This document shows, one piece after another, positions 20,188-32,607 of a stretch of DNA of 64,000 nucleotides. Each line of letters opens with the position of its first letter. The stretch's first letter is position 1. The notes beneath the pieces were generated by a model that was given only the letters and a program-made list of their open reading frames with translations, searched no databases and had not been told where the DNA came from. This stretch comes from an uncultured bacterium (GTDB taxonomy: Bacteria; Patescibacteriota; Minisyncoccia; UBA6257; 2-01-FULL-56-20), in NCBI GenBank assembly GCA_963696395.1, contig CAVOJZ010000002.1, forward strand, positions 559,317 through 623,316, written 5' to 3'. The position numbers and the translations under genes are program-made.

Positions 20188-20703
20188 ATGATAATGCCTC
20201 CATCGAAACGTTCCGGTCAGTCACTTCTTGAAATGATAATTGCGCTTGCGATGCTCACCGTCGCCTTTCTTGGCATCGGGTCACTTCTTTCAAGATCATT
20301 CTTTTTGAATCGCGTCGCAACCAATGAAACGATCGGATCCTATCTTGCTGCTGAAGGTATCGAAGTGACAAAAAATATTATAGACAACGAAGTATATGGC
20401 GGACAAAACGGATGGGGGACGTGTTGCTTTCAGGGGCACACCTATTCAGTTACGTTCGGTGATACAGGCCCGACTCTTTCACCCGAAAATGGGAATACAC
20501 TTAAATTTGACCCAAATATGAATGACCCTACTGCAGGTTATCAATACAAAGTTGGAAACGCGACGCCCTTTACACGGAAGATTGTTATCACCGTTTCAAA
20601 CAAATCTGAAATCGATGTCCAGTCTATTGTCACATGGAGCACGGGACCAATCACCAGCGAAACCATTGTAGATGAAGATCATTTCTATGACTGGCATCCA
20701 TAA
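20188..20703 (+). CDS. Minor pilin (PilV-like)
   Basis: GQSLLEMIIALAM; LAAEGIE. Confidence 0.8.
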   Translation: MIMPPSKRSGQSLLEMIIALAMLTVAFLGIGSLLSRSFFLNRVATNETIGSYLAAEGIEVTKNIIDNEVYGGQNGWGTCCFQGHTYSVTFGDTGPTLSPENGNTLKFDPNMNDPTAGYQYKVGNATPFTRKIVITVSNKSEIDVQSIVTWSTGPITSETIVDEDHFYDWHP

Positions 20704-21358
20704 CGAATCATCACGGGCGGGATTTACACTTGTTGAAACTATGATTTCAATAGGAATTTTTATGATTCTTGTTACCATCGCAGTTGGCGGTTTTGTGCAG
20801 GCGATCCATACACAAGGCGAGGTTTCCAAATTAATCTCGGCACAGAGTAATGTGAGTCTTGGCATTGAGGAGATGGCCCGCGAAATCCGCACCGGATATC
20901 TTTTTTGCCACGACCCCGGTTCTAATAATCCGACTTCGAGTTGTGAGACAGTACGAAAGACGTGTTCAATCACTGACTCCGGTTTCTCGGATCCGGGCGG
21001 TCCGGGCGCGCTCGGGAATGGTGATTTGCCTGTTTGGACGTGTCCGACGTTGCAATTCTATAATGCGAATTCAGAACTTGTGAACTATTCTCTCTCTAGC
21101 GATGGAGCACTTGTTCGGAGCGATGTCGCGGAGAACAGCGGCCAAGCTCTGCCACTGACCTCCGGTGACGTTGTCGTGAAGACCCTGCAGTTCCGCCTTT
21201 TCGGCATGCTAGAGGGCGATGGCTGGACGCCCAGAATTACGGTTTTGTTGAGCATTGCTCCCAGTTCCACTGATCCGGCTATAGCTAACACGGTGCTCAA
21301 TTTCGAGACGACTATCAGTGCCCGGCAGATAGACTGCACGCCAAGCGGTCAGTGTTAA
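20687..21358 (+). CDS. Minor pilin (PilW-like)
   Basis: AGFTLVETMISIGIF; MAREIRTG. Confidence 0.82.
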   Translation: MTGIHNESSRAGFTLVETMISIGIFMILVTIAVGGFVQAIHTQGEVSKLISAQSNVSLGIEEMAREIRTGYLFCHDPGSNNPTSSCETVRKTCSITDSGFSDPGGPGALGNGDLPVWTCPTLQFYNANSELVNYSLSSDGALVRSDVAENSGQALPLTSGDVVVKTLQFRLFGMLEGDGWTPRITVLLSIAPSSTDPAIANTVLNFETTISARQIDCTPSGQC

Positions 21359-21408
21359 ACAGGTTATTCACATCCGCCTTCCCTTCTTATCTGCTATGAT
21401 GATTGCAT

Positions 21409-21861
21409 ATGCAGGATAACCGGCAGGGAAATCTTTGGGTATGGGTTGGCGTCGCAGTGGTTGTGATCGTCATCATTCTTGCGTTCATCTGGAAACCGAC
21501 CGGAAAGAGCCCCACGCCTCCCGGCACCCCGGTCTTTGCCCCGACCGGCCAGACCGTTGCCGGCTTTCCCCAGAATCTCATCCTCGATAGTGCCGCACAG
21601 ATTGCGAGCAGCTATTTGGTGAACTACTCATCGTCAACAAACCAGTACACGGCTTCCTGGAATTCATCAACTTCAATGGCGAGTGAATTTTCCGCCTACC
21701 AGCAATACCTTTCCACGAACGGCTGGACGGTGACGCCGAATCCGGCACGGCAGCAGAATGTCCGGGCTCTCGGAGCTTCAAACAGCAGCGCTATCCTTCT
21801 TGTGAATATCGTCGCCAAAGGAACGGGGTCGCAGGTGACGGTGACCTATGATACGAGGTGA
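21409..21861 (+). CDS. Membrane-anchored hypothetical protein
   Basis: RQG plus a hydrophobic stretch; GFPQNL. Confidence 0.65.
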   Translation: MQDNRQGNLWVWVGVAVVVIVIILAFIWKPTGKSPTPPGTPVFAPTGQTVAGFPQNLILDSAAQIASSYLVNYSSSTNQYTASWNSSTSMASEFSAYQQYLSTNGWTVTPNPARQQNVRALGASNSSAILLVNIVAKGTGSQVTVTYDTR

Positions 21862-21862
21862 T

Positions 21863-24004
21863 ATGAAAATTAATAAAATCATATTCAGTACGGCAATCGC
21901 AACTGTTGTGCTCACGGTAGCCAGCTTTGCCTCGGTTACTCATTCTGCACATGCCGACGATGACGGCATCATCGATATAACCGTGTCTCCCACGCAAGGA
22001 GTAACCAGTACTATCACTGTGAATGGCAGCGGACAGGGAGGGACCATCGTCCAGGATTGTGGGCCGCGCATCGACAGCAAAGACTCGCCGAAGCCCATTC
22101 TAGCAATGTATTATTATTTCGATGGCAATTCTGCTAGCTCAACATTTCTTAATTATCCTTCGGAGTGGAACCAAACTTATCAAGGACAAATCTCTTGTGA
22201 TGGAAACCCGCCATATCGCGCGGACGAATACAGCATCGGTTTCGATGCGGATGTTTCAAGTTTGAGTCCAGGGACGCATACGATAACCGTGGCCGGTTCC
22301 GGTCATCCACCCATAGATTCCGGGGAAGGAACGTTTGTCATCAACGGTAGTGGCAGCGGCGGCAACACCACCGGCACCATCAATGTTTCCTCCATTAACG
22401 CCGTCACGAACGGCAGCGTTCAGGCAAGCTGGGACTTTACTGGACAGCCGTTCCAGGGACAGTTTGTTGATCCCTGCTCGGAAGGCGTTTGCAACAACAC
22501 GAGCTCAGCGACATATTCGAACGCCAACTTCGGCATCTACGAGCTGAATCCATCATCGATACCGGATCACTATGCCTTGCAATCGGTCAGGAAATCAACG
22601 GTTGCGCAAACCAGCTATCCAGACATTGCCTTCATCAACCGCTTCATCAATACGGCGCAGGCGGTTGAGATCTGCGGCTTCGCCAATGGCGGCAGCGAAC
22701 AATGCGACAACGGCAGCTCTCCTTCGCTTACGCTCGCAACCTCCGCCGGCTATCCTGTGAATCCAGACATCAGCTTCACGCTCGAGTGGACGCCTTTGGG
22801 AACGATTGATCCGGGACAACCGCCGGTGCTCAGCCCGTCGAACACGACCGGCGATATTTCTCTCGCCGACTCAAATGGAGCTCCCGGCTCACAGGTGACC
22901 GACCTCTCGGCTGGTCCTGTCACATATGGGAATGGAGCATCGAACTGGCTCACCATCGGCGACCTTTCTGGCATCACCCTCACTTACGGGGGACAGACTC
23001 AGTCGGTCGGCGTCACGGCTGATCAGAATCAAGCACGGAATTGTCCATCGGTTTGCACCGCAACCTTCACCATTAGCGGTTGGACCCCTTCCGCTTCCGC
23101 AACCGGCACGCAGGTTACAAGCGGCGATATCGTCGTCACCTACAATTCATCCGGCAACGGGAATGGCAATTACACAGTCTCCATCAATCCGTCGTCTTCA
23201 ACGCTTCTCACCGGTGGAGTCCAGCAGTTCACGGCAAGTACCACCGACCCGGCGGGCGTGACGTGGACGAATTCTGGTTTGGGGACCCTCTCCAATCCCA
23301 CAGCTTTGTCCGTCACATATACCGCTCCACCCAACCCAGGGAGCGATGCGGTCACGGCGACCAACAATACGGGCGGTCAAACGGCAACTGCGCCGATCAC
23401 GATCAATCAGCCGCAATCGAAGCCAACGGTCAACTTGAGCGTGAGCCCTTCAGCCATTAATTCAGGCGAACAGGCAACGCTTTCCTGGACAACTACAAAT
23501 GCCGATTCCTGCACCGCATCGTCCTCTCCGCAAGATCAAGGCTGGCTTCCGGGAACACCTGAGGCGACAGCCAACAATGGCACCTCAACCGCAACCGTAA
23601 GCCCGACGGGACCCGCCTTCGAAAACTATTCACTCACGTGCAGAAACCCCAAAGGCCATACCGTTGCAACTACCGTGCTCAATGTGATGACCTGCAGTCT
23701 GATTCCAAATCCATCGAGTGTTATCGTCCCGGGGACGTCTACTCTTAATTTTGACTGCGAAGCGATTCCAAATACCTACTCCTGTTTGCTCTTCGACCAG
23801 AACAACGTCCAGTATGGCACATATCAACCCCAGGGCGGGACAGTGAAAGGATTTTACACCGTCGCCCCGACAGCAAACACCACCTACACGATTGACTGCA
23901 CCGACAATGGCGGCGGCAACGGACCCCAGGCGAGCGCCACAACTCAGGTGAGCGTGACGAACCCCGGGCAGGGGGAGTGCCCTCCACAGGGATGTACACC
24001 TTAG
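21863..24004 (+). CDS. Large secreted Ig-like-repeat surface protein
   Basis: Signal peptide (AHA); S/T/G/Cys-rich beta modules such as ATLSWTTTNADSCTAS. Confidence 0.8.
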   Translation: MKINKIIFSTAIATVVLTVASFASVTHSAHADDDGIIDITVSPTQGVTSTITVNGSGQGGTIVQDCGPRIDSKDSPKPILAMYYYFDGNSASSTFLNYPSEWNQTYQGQISCDGNPPYRADEYSIGFDADVSSLSPGTHTITVAGSGHPPIDSGEGTFVINGSGSGGNTTGTINVSSINAVTNGSVQASWDFTGQPFQGQFVDPCSEGVCNNTSSATYSNANFGIYELNPSSIPDHYALQSVRKSTVAQTSYPDIAFINRFINTAQAVEICGFANGGSEQCDNGSSPSLTLATSAGYPVNPDISFTLEWTPLGTIDPGQPPVLSPSNTTGDISLADSNGAPGSQVTDLSAGPVTYGNGASNWLTIGDLSGITLTYGGQTQSVGVTADQNQARNCPSVCTATFTISGWTPSASATGTQVTSGDIVVTYNSSGNGNGNYTVSINPSSSTLLTGGVQQFTASTTDPAGVTWTNSGLGTLSNPTALSVTYTAPPNPGSDAVTATNNTGGQTATAPITINQPQSKPTVNLSVSPSAINSGEQATLSWTTTNADSCTASSSPQDQGWLPGTPEATANNGTSTATVSPTGPAFENYSLTCRNPKGHTVATTVLNVMTCSLIPNPSSVIVPGTSTLNFDCEAIPNTYSCLLFDQNNVQYGTYQPQGGTVKGFYTVAPTANTTYTIDCTDNGGGNGPQASATTQVSVTNPGQGECPPQGCTP

Positions 24005-24029
24005 CTTATCTTTGAGGTTCGGAAAATAT

Positions 24030-24073
24030 AAAAAAAGAACCCCTGACACGATATAGATTGTGTCAGGGGCTTT
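24030..24073. terminator. Bidirectional terminator between convergent genes
   Basis: CCCCTGACAC...GTGTCAGGGG stem flanked by an A-run and a T-run. Confidence 0.7.
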
Positions 24074-24074
24074 G

Positions 24075-25964
24075 CTAATTGTTGTCTTCGATGTCGAGCG
24101 CGTTCGTTCGATCACCGAAATAGATCGTTTTGCCATTCGGAGAAACTCCTCGCCCGAGTGGCAACTTGGTTGAGCTCACGTTGAGCGTCGTTTTTGTTCC
24201 GGTCGTCGTGAGGACATCAACTCCCGTGGGGACCGCTTGCGCGGAAGAGGCAAACGTGATTTCAAACGTGTTCGCCGCCTCATTCGCAATGACCCCGTTC
24301 GGGAAGCCGTCCAGCGATACCGGTTGGCCGATGAGTTGCATCGAGCCAATATTGAAGAGGAATGCCTGTTTGCCGAGCGGGTCCAACAAGACGCCAACTC
24401 CGGAGCTCAATAACTTTATCTGAGCGAGCGTGCTTCCGGATCCGGACTGGGTAAGCCCGGGAACGCTCAGTGGTTTTCCTAACGATGTTAAGTCAGGAAT
24501 GCTGAGGCCCTGCAGCGTGTTCGTGCCGCAATTTAGGATGACGGCGTAGAGCGCGCTTCCGCTCTGGACCGCGTCAAGCGAGCACGGATCATTGAGGCTC
24601 GTGTAGGAGAAGTAATTATCGAATAGCGGATCGGTTAGAATGTTTGCGCCGACCAGCGTATTGACCGTCGGTTGGAGAGCCATGAAATAGCCCCCAGCCG
24701 CGGCAATCTCCCACCCGCTTTGTCCGTTCATATTGCCACCGCCAACACCGTTTCCGTTTAGGTCGGTGACAGAAATGCCTTCCTGCCCCCGTTCCACAAA
24801 GCCCAGATCGCCCGACGTTTGATCAAGCGCCATGACCTTTGCGATTCCCTTGCCGGCGCCGGCTTGCCAACTCGACAGAAGATTTCCGCTGGCATCAAAG
24901 TGATAAGCAATTCGTCCGCCCTGAGGTCCGTAGACAACAAGGAGGATCACGTCACCATTCTTCCCGTAAACCGCCATGGTGTTTTGATTGCCCATCATGG
25001 CGCCTGTGTAAGGATCGGAAATTGTTTGCTGGCTCTGTGTGCACGCTTGGAAAACGAACGTGCCAGGGTTGTATGTGTTTTGGTCAAAGTCCATCCCCCC
25101 GAATATTTCGGTTGGACTTTCGTATTCCCAGCCCATCAACGCCGGAAGTGGCGTGACAGACACGTTGTTCGTGCACCCCGAACTGAAGTTTGTCCCATTC
25201 AGGGTCGGGTTTATTGAGCCCTCGCAATAATAATCGTCGTTGCATCCAAAGATGAGCGGCGAAATAGACGTGATGGTTGATTGCTGGGACGCCGCCGTCA
25301 CGGTGATCTGAACCGACTTGGTTCCGCTGTTGCCTCCGGAGCCAGTGCATGGCCCAAGAGTATACGTTGCGGTGCCAACGGTCTGCGGTGTCACAGTTGT
25401 CCCGCTTGAGTTTGCCGCGACAGATCCGGACCAATCCGTTTCTGCCGGACTCGCCGAAGCTGTGCACGGATCGCTACCGCTCGTGTTTTGTGTGCCCCAC
25501 GAAAGCTGTAACGATGTTCCCACAACGACGGTTGATACCGACGCTGCGAACGACGTGATGCTTGCGGGTTGCGGGGCCGCCGTCACGGTGATCTGAACCG
25601 ACTTGGTTCCGCTGTTGCCTCCGGAGCCAGTGCATGGCCCAAGAGTATACGTTGCGGTGCCAACGGTCTGCGGTGTCACAGTTGTCCCGCTTGAGTTTGC
25701 CGCGACAGATCCGGACCAATCCGTTTCTGCCGGACTCGCCGAAGCTGTGCACGGATCGCTACCGCTCGTGTTTTGTGTGCCCCACGAAAGCTGTAACGAT
25801 GTTCCCACAACGACGGTTGATACCGACGCTGCGAACGACGTGATGCTTGCGGGTTGCGGGGCGACATCGCCTCCTCCATTACCACCTCCGCAGGAACTGA
25901 GAATCAACGAGGCTCCCAAAATTCCCGCCACCAGAAGAACAAAAAACGACTTGTTTTTGCTCAT
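24075..25964 (-). CDS. Putative lipoprotein with two identical Ig-like repeats and a beta-propeller-like C-terminus
   Basis: Lipobox LSSC-GGG; AGGAGAGAGGA SD before ATG 25964; 95-aa tandem repeat. Confidence 0.8.
   Translation of the reverse strand: MSKNKSFFVLLVAGILGASLILSSCGGGNGGGDVAPQPASITSFAASVSTVVVGTSLQLSWGTQNTSGSDPCTASASPAETDWSGSVAANSSGTTVTPQTVGTATYTLGPCTGSGGNSGTKSVQITVTAAPQPASITSFAASVSTVVVGTSLQLSWGTQNTSGSDPCTASASPAETDWSGSVAANSSGTTVTPQTVGTATYTLGPCTGSGGNSGTKSVQITVTAASQQSTITSISPLIFGCNDDYYCEGSINPTLNGTNFSSGCTNNVSVTPLPALMGWEYESPTEIFGGMDFDQNTYNPGTFVFQACTQSQQTISDPYTGAMMGNQNTMAVYGKNGDVILLVVYGPQGGRIAYHFDASGNLLSSWQAGAGKGIAKVMALDQTSGDLGFVERGQEGISVTDLNGNGVGGGNMNGQSGWEIAAAGGYFMALQPTVNTLVGANILTDPLFDNYFSYTSLNDPCSLDAVQSGSALYAVILNCGTNTLQGLSIPDLTSLGKPLSVPGLTQSGSGSTLAQIKLLSSGVGVLLDPLGKQAFLFNIGSMQLIGQPVSLDGFPNGVIANEAANTFEITFASSAQAVPTGVDVLTTTGTKTTLNVSSTKLPLGRGVSPNGKTIYFGDRTNALDIEDNN
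25291..25862. repeat. 285-bp tandem direct duplication, apparently exact
   Basis: gccgccgtcacggtgatctg... starts at both 25291 and 25576; translations are identical. Confidence 0.95.
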
Positions 25965-26027
25965 ATCCTCTCTCCTATTTCGTAAATTGTGAATCGTGGC
26001 AGGATTTTGAACCAGCCAACTGGCTAC

Positions 26028-26106
26028 ACTATACTGCTTATCCCGCTGTTTTGTCAAGGAAAATCAAAACAAAAACATTGACAATATATAAAAAACCAAT
26101 TATAGT
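26028..26106. promoter_or_regulatory. Back-to-back sigma70 promoters
   Basis: Minus strand: TTGACA(26057-52)-N18-TATAGT(26033-28). Plus strand: TTGACA(26078)-N17-TATAGT(26101). Confidence 0.8.
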
Positions 26107-26180
26107 GCGGCCAGTTAGCACGGCGGGAAAAACAGCACTTCCGTGCAACAATTTAAGAGTTTTAGGAGGAGAGGAGCAGT

Positions 26181-28250
26181 ATGAAAAAAGCGACGGTAAT
26201 TGTGGCGATGGCGTTCGCTCTCGTGGCCATGCTCGTGAGTATGGCATGCGGCGGCGGAAACGGAAGCAATAACGGAGGCGGCGGCCAACAGATCGTGGTT
26301 AGCGTCAACCCGAATACGGCGTCTGTTCAGGAAAATCAGCAGGTGTCATTTACGGCAACCGTTGAGAACGATTCGTCGAGCAAGGGCGTGACGTGGTCGT
26401 TGTCGGGTGGCGGTTGCACCGGCAGTGCCTGTGGCACGCTCTCGAGCGCGACCTCACAAAGCGGTGTGTCTGTGACCTACACGGCACCCCCGAGCGTTCC
26501 GAATCCAGCGACGGTAACCCTCACGGCAACGAGCATCACCGACCCAACAAAGGCGGCGACCGCTACGATCACCGTGACGGCGGGAACGAAACCGTCGGTC
26601 ACATTAACCGTTGACGGCAAAACGTCTGAAACGGTCAATGCAAACCAGATGCTTTCATTTGCATGGAGCTCGGCGAATGCCACAAGCGTGGTTCAATCGG
26701 CGAATCCTGCGCAAAGCAATTGGTCCGGAACGGTCACTCCAAATGTAAACGGGTCGGTACAATTCCCGCTTGCGACAGGACCGGTAACGTTTACTCTGAC
26801 CGCATCCGATGGTGCTGGCAACAGCGCATCGGCTTCCGTCACGGTGACCGTCGGTGATGTAGCGCCGGTTCTCAATGGATTCAACCCGTATGGCTTTTTC
26901 TGTATGTGGGGCGAAACCTGCGAGTTCGGCATGAATCAACTTGTGTCGGGAGGCAATTTCGCGCCGGGGCAACCGATTTATTGCACCGGATATCCGCAGG
27001 ATTGGGGGCAAACGTTGCCGCCAAATGTGGAGGCGACATATTTCAACTTCCTGGTTTCGGTTGGTGGCGAGTACTATCGTCCTCGTTTCATCAACTGCCA
27101 GGTCGCAACCGCCGATAACGTTCTGCTCTCGAACACCATGGCTTTTGGTTTTTACGGAGACATGCCGATCGCCGACAATGAAACGTCTGCGACGCCGCAC
27201 ATCTTTGTTCTTGATCAAGGCGATGGCGTTGTGGATGAATTCGACAATACGGGGGCGCTCACCAACCAGTGCAGCGTCACACCGAACTCTGCCAGGATGC
27301 GAATTGATCTTGACGCCAACGGCAATGCCAAATTTATTGTACTCGGCAGCGCAAATGGCGTTTCATGGACCGATTCAAGTTGTGGCAGCAGCGGGCAAGC
27401 GGCGAATATAACAGCACCCGTATCGGACGTTGCCGTGAAAAACGACGTGAGCTGTGGCGCTATTCCCTCGCAAGGGGATGTTGCCTGTGGCCCTGTCGCT
27501 GTCGGCAGCCAAAATTGGAAGACAACTTCCGCCGGAACAACACCGTATTCGCTCGCAATGAGCACGGCGTATGGCGGGAACGAACTGTTTTCTCTCGATA
27601 TTCAAGGGCGGGGACAGATCGTGCTCTTCAACGATTCGATCGCCGGTGACGGAACGTCAACGTCGGTCGGGTCACTCACACTTCCTGAGTTCATGCCGGT
27701 AAGCCAACTGCAGGGGAATGCGCTTAGGGGACGCTATGCGGCTCGCAGGCTTGCCCCAGGCAAATTGGCTGAGGTTAATCCGGCGGGGGAAAAAGTATCA
27801 GGCGAAAGCGCTTCTCTCGGCAATTACAATGCCGTCGCGCTGGATTCAACCAATCTGGTTGCGGTGATAGGTCCGGGAGTTGATGGCGTACACATGTTGG
27901 TCTCCGTCATTGTGGTTAATGGTGGAGCGATGAACGAAGCGGTGGTCGGCGGCGTGGTGCTGCCTGCTGAATCCTTCCGGATTGCAGCGGATAACGTCCA
28001 TAGCGGGTTCTTGATCTACTACGCCACCTACGATGCGAGTGGTTCCGATATTCTCGGCACGAGCCATATCGCATTCCTCAATGGGAGCGGCGTTCTTACA
28101 CCGCTCACGAGCGCATCCAGTACTGCCATTATGGCAGGCGGCGGAGGAGTGCTTCCGGATGGCAGTTTGTATATCACCGGATGGATTCCGTCTGACGATG
28201 TAGCTGGCGTGCAGGCTGTAACAGGCTTGCCGTATGCCCTCCAACAGTAG
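26181..28250 (+). CDS. Putative lipoprotein with Ig-like domains
   Basis: SMAC-GGG lipobox; AGGAGG SD; GVTWSLSG..C.GSACGTLS...TYTAP...VTLTATS module. Confidence 0.82.
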   Translation: MKKATVIVAMAFALVAMLVSMACGGGNGSNNGGGGQQIVVSVNPNTASVQENQQVSFTATVENDSSSKGVTWSLSGGGCTGSACGTLSSATSQSGVSVTYTAPPSVPNPATVTLTATSITDPTKAATATITVTAGTKPSVTLTVDGKTSETVNANQMLSFAWSSANATSVVQSANPAQSNWSGTVTPNVNGSVQFPLATGPVTFTLTASDGAGNSASASVTVTVGDVAPVLNGFNPYGFFCMWGETCEFGMNQLVSGGNFAPGQPIYCTGYPQDWGQTLPPNVEATYFNFLVSVGGEYYRPRFINCQVATADNVLLSNTMAFGFYGDMPIADNETSATPHIFVLDQGDGVVDEFDNTGALTNQCSVTPNSARMRIDLDANGNAKFIVLGSANGVSWTDSSCGSSGQAANITAPVSDVAVKNDVSCGAIPSQGDVACGPVAVGSQNWKTTSAGTTPYSLAMSTAYGGNELFSLDIQGRGQIVLFNDSIAGDGTSTSVGSLTLPEFMPVSQLQGNALRGRYAARRLAPGKLAEVNPAGEKVSGESASLGNYNAVALDSTNLVAVIGPGVDGVHMLVSVIVVNGGAMNEAVVGGVVLPAESFRIAADNVHSGFLIYYATYDASGSDILGTSHIAFLNGSGVLTPLTSASSTAIMAGGGGVLPDGSLYITGWIPSDDVAGVQAVTGLPYALQQ

Positions 28251-28267
28251 TTCTTTGCAAGTACTTT

Positions 28268-28308
28268 GCCCTGACCGGCATTTATTAACCGGTCGGGGCT
28301 TTTCTTTT
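28268..28308 (+). terminator. Intrinsic terminator
   Basis: GCCCTGACCGG...CCGGTCGGGGC followed by TTTTCTTTT. Confidence 0.75.
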
Positions 28309-28321
28309 GTATAATGAAGCT

Positions 28322-30851
<2,530 letters not shown>

Positions 30852-30919
30852 GCTTGCGGGCATTTAATGATTTTTTTAGGTAATTTTAATCTATGCTTTG
30901 TTTTAATGTTGGCATCGCC

Positions 30920-31603
30920 ATGCCTATCTATAGAACAAAGAATGAAGATTTTTTTAAGACATGGTCGTCCGATATGGCCTACCTGCTCGGATTTTTTGCC
31001 GCGGATGGGAACATGGTTTGCAACGGAAGAGGCGGTTATTATATTTCATTTGAAATTACCGATCTCGACCTACTTGAATCCATAAAAAGCGTTCTCGGCT
31101 CTCAAAATAAAATTTCTGTGCGAAATAGAAAGTCATCTTGGAAAACAATTTACAGATTACAAATCGGAAGCAAAAATATGTACCGTGATCTGTGTTTGCT
31201 TGGATTTACGCCGCACAAAAGTCTAACGATCGCGTGGCCTGATATCCCAACGATATATTTGCACGATTTCATAAGAGGGTATTTTGATGGGGATGGTTGT
31301 GTGCATTTAGGCAGATATTGGAGGAAGGACAGATGTATGTGGAAGTTGCAGTTTAGCGTCAGATTCACCTCTGGAAGCAGAAAATTTCTTGAAAGTCTGT
31401 GGAGCGCTATTGAGCCGGTTGTTCTCGGTGGCCATATTTCTCGAAAGAAGAGGGGTTATGAGCTTGTATTCGGGCAACATGATAGTATTGCTTTGTTCAA
31501 TTTTTTGTATAATAATGACACGGAGTTATTCCTGAAGCGCAAACATGAAAAATTTAAATATGCGTTTCAGGAATTAGGATTGGATAATGCGGTGGTAGCT
31601 TAG
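30920..31603 (+). CDS. Free-standing double-motif LAGLIDADG homing endonuclease
   Basis: YLLGFFAADG and FIRGYFDGDG motifs; AT-rich; stop codon lies inside tRNA-Asp. Confidence 0.88.
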   Translation: MPIYRTKNEDFFKTWSSDMAYLLGFFAADGNMVCNGRGGYYISFEITDLDLLESIKSVLGSQNKISVRNRKSSWKTIYRLQIGSKNMYRDLCLLGFTPHKSLTIAWPDIPTIYLHDFIRGYFDGDGCVHLGRYWRKDRCMWKLQFSVRFTSGSRKFLESLWSAIEPVVLGGHISRKKRGYELVFGQHDSIALFNFLYNNDTELFLKRKHEKFKYAFQELGLDNAVVA

Positions 31604-31663
31604 CTGGTCTAAAGCGATGCCCTGTCACGGCATAGATCGTGGGTTCAAATCCCATCCACCGCG
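31589..31663 (+). tRNA. tRNA-Asp(GTC)
   Basis: GCGGTGG/CCACCGC acceptor, ATGCC-CTGTCAC-GGCAT anticodon arm, TTCAAAT T-loop. Confidence 0.93.
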
Positions 31664-31686
31664 CAGCGATTTGCTATACTGAATCT

Positions 31687-32535
31687 ATGCCAGAAATGAA
31701 AATGAATTCCGTCGGGTCTTTGTGGCAGTCGGCCTGGAAGCTTTACACGGATCGGTTTGCGATTATCACGCAAATCATTATTATTCCGGTTGTCGTTTTA
31801 GGCTTGGGAAACATTTTGAAAGCAATCGGTGGGTTGTCATTTTCGATTGCTGGGTCAATCCTGCTTGCGGCTGGAGTCCTGCTTTCCATTGTCGCGAACG
31901 CTGCCATCATTCATCTCTTCGAACACTCGTCGGGGCTTGAGGAATCCTATGTTGCCGCCGGACGATTATTTTGGCGGCTTATTTGGCTGGGGATTCTTAT
32001 TATCTTTGCCCTCTTTGGAGGGTTTGCCATGTTGGTCGTTCCTGGCGTCTTGCTCATGGTCGGTTTTGTTTTCGCAAATTATGCGCTGATACTTGAAGGC
32101 AAGCATGGCTTTGAGGCACTGACGACGAGCCGTGAATATGTAAAAGGATATTGGTGGTCGGTCTTTGGCCGGCTACTCTTGTTACTGCTCGGTTTTGTCG
32201 TCGCTTATATCGTTATCGGTCTGCCGTTCGCTTCGATCGGAGGGAAAATCGGCGGTGCGCTCGCGTCAACGATCATTACGCTTTTCATCGCGCCGTTTTC
32301 GATAGCGTATTACTACACGATGTATCGCAATCTTGTATCGCTCAAACCGCAAGTTCACGATGGGACGGTAAAAAGCAGCAAGACGTTTATCATTGTCGCG
32401 CAGGCGGTCGCGGCATTTATTGTTCTTATTGCCGTTCTCGGCATTATTTTTGCGGTGATTCTGGGGCGGGGGACGGATCGGGCATCGGGGAGCGTCAATT
32501 ATTATGGAGGTTACGGCACCCAGCAGGCGCCGTGA
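31687..32535 (+). CDS. Multi-pass membrane protein
   Basis: About 7 TM helices; ALTTSREYVKGYWWSVFGR motif. Confidence 0.8.
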   Translation: MPEMKMNSVGSLWQSAWKLYTDRFAIITQIIIIPVVVLGLGNILKAIGGLSFSIAGSILLAAGVLLSIVANAAIIHLFEHSSGLEESYVAAGRLFWRLIWLGILIIFALFGGFAMLVVPGVLLMVGFVFANYALILEGKHGFEALTTSREYVKGYWWSVFGRLLLLLLGFVVAYIVIGLPFASIGGKIGGALASTIITLFIAPFSIAYYYTMYRNLVSLKPQVHDGTVKSSKTFIIVAQAVAAFIVLIAVLGIIFAVILGRGTDRASGSVNYYGGYGTQQAP

Positions 32536-32607
32536 TCCACAGTTGTGAATTTCTCGGCTATTGTGCGGAAGCATCATGCGGTATAATAAACGTAATAGCT
32601 TAACAAC

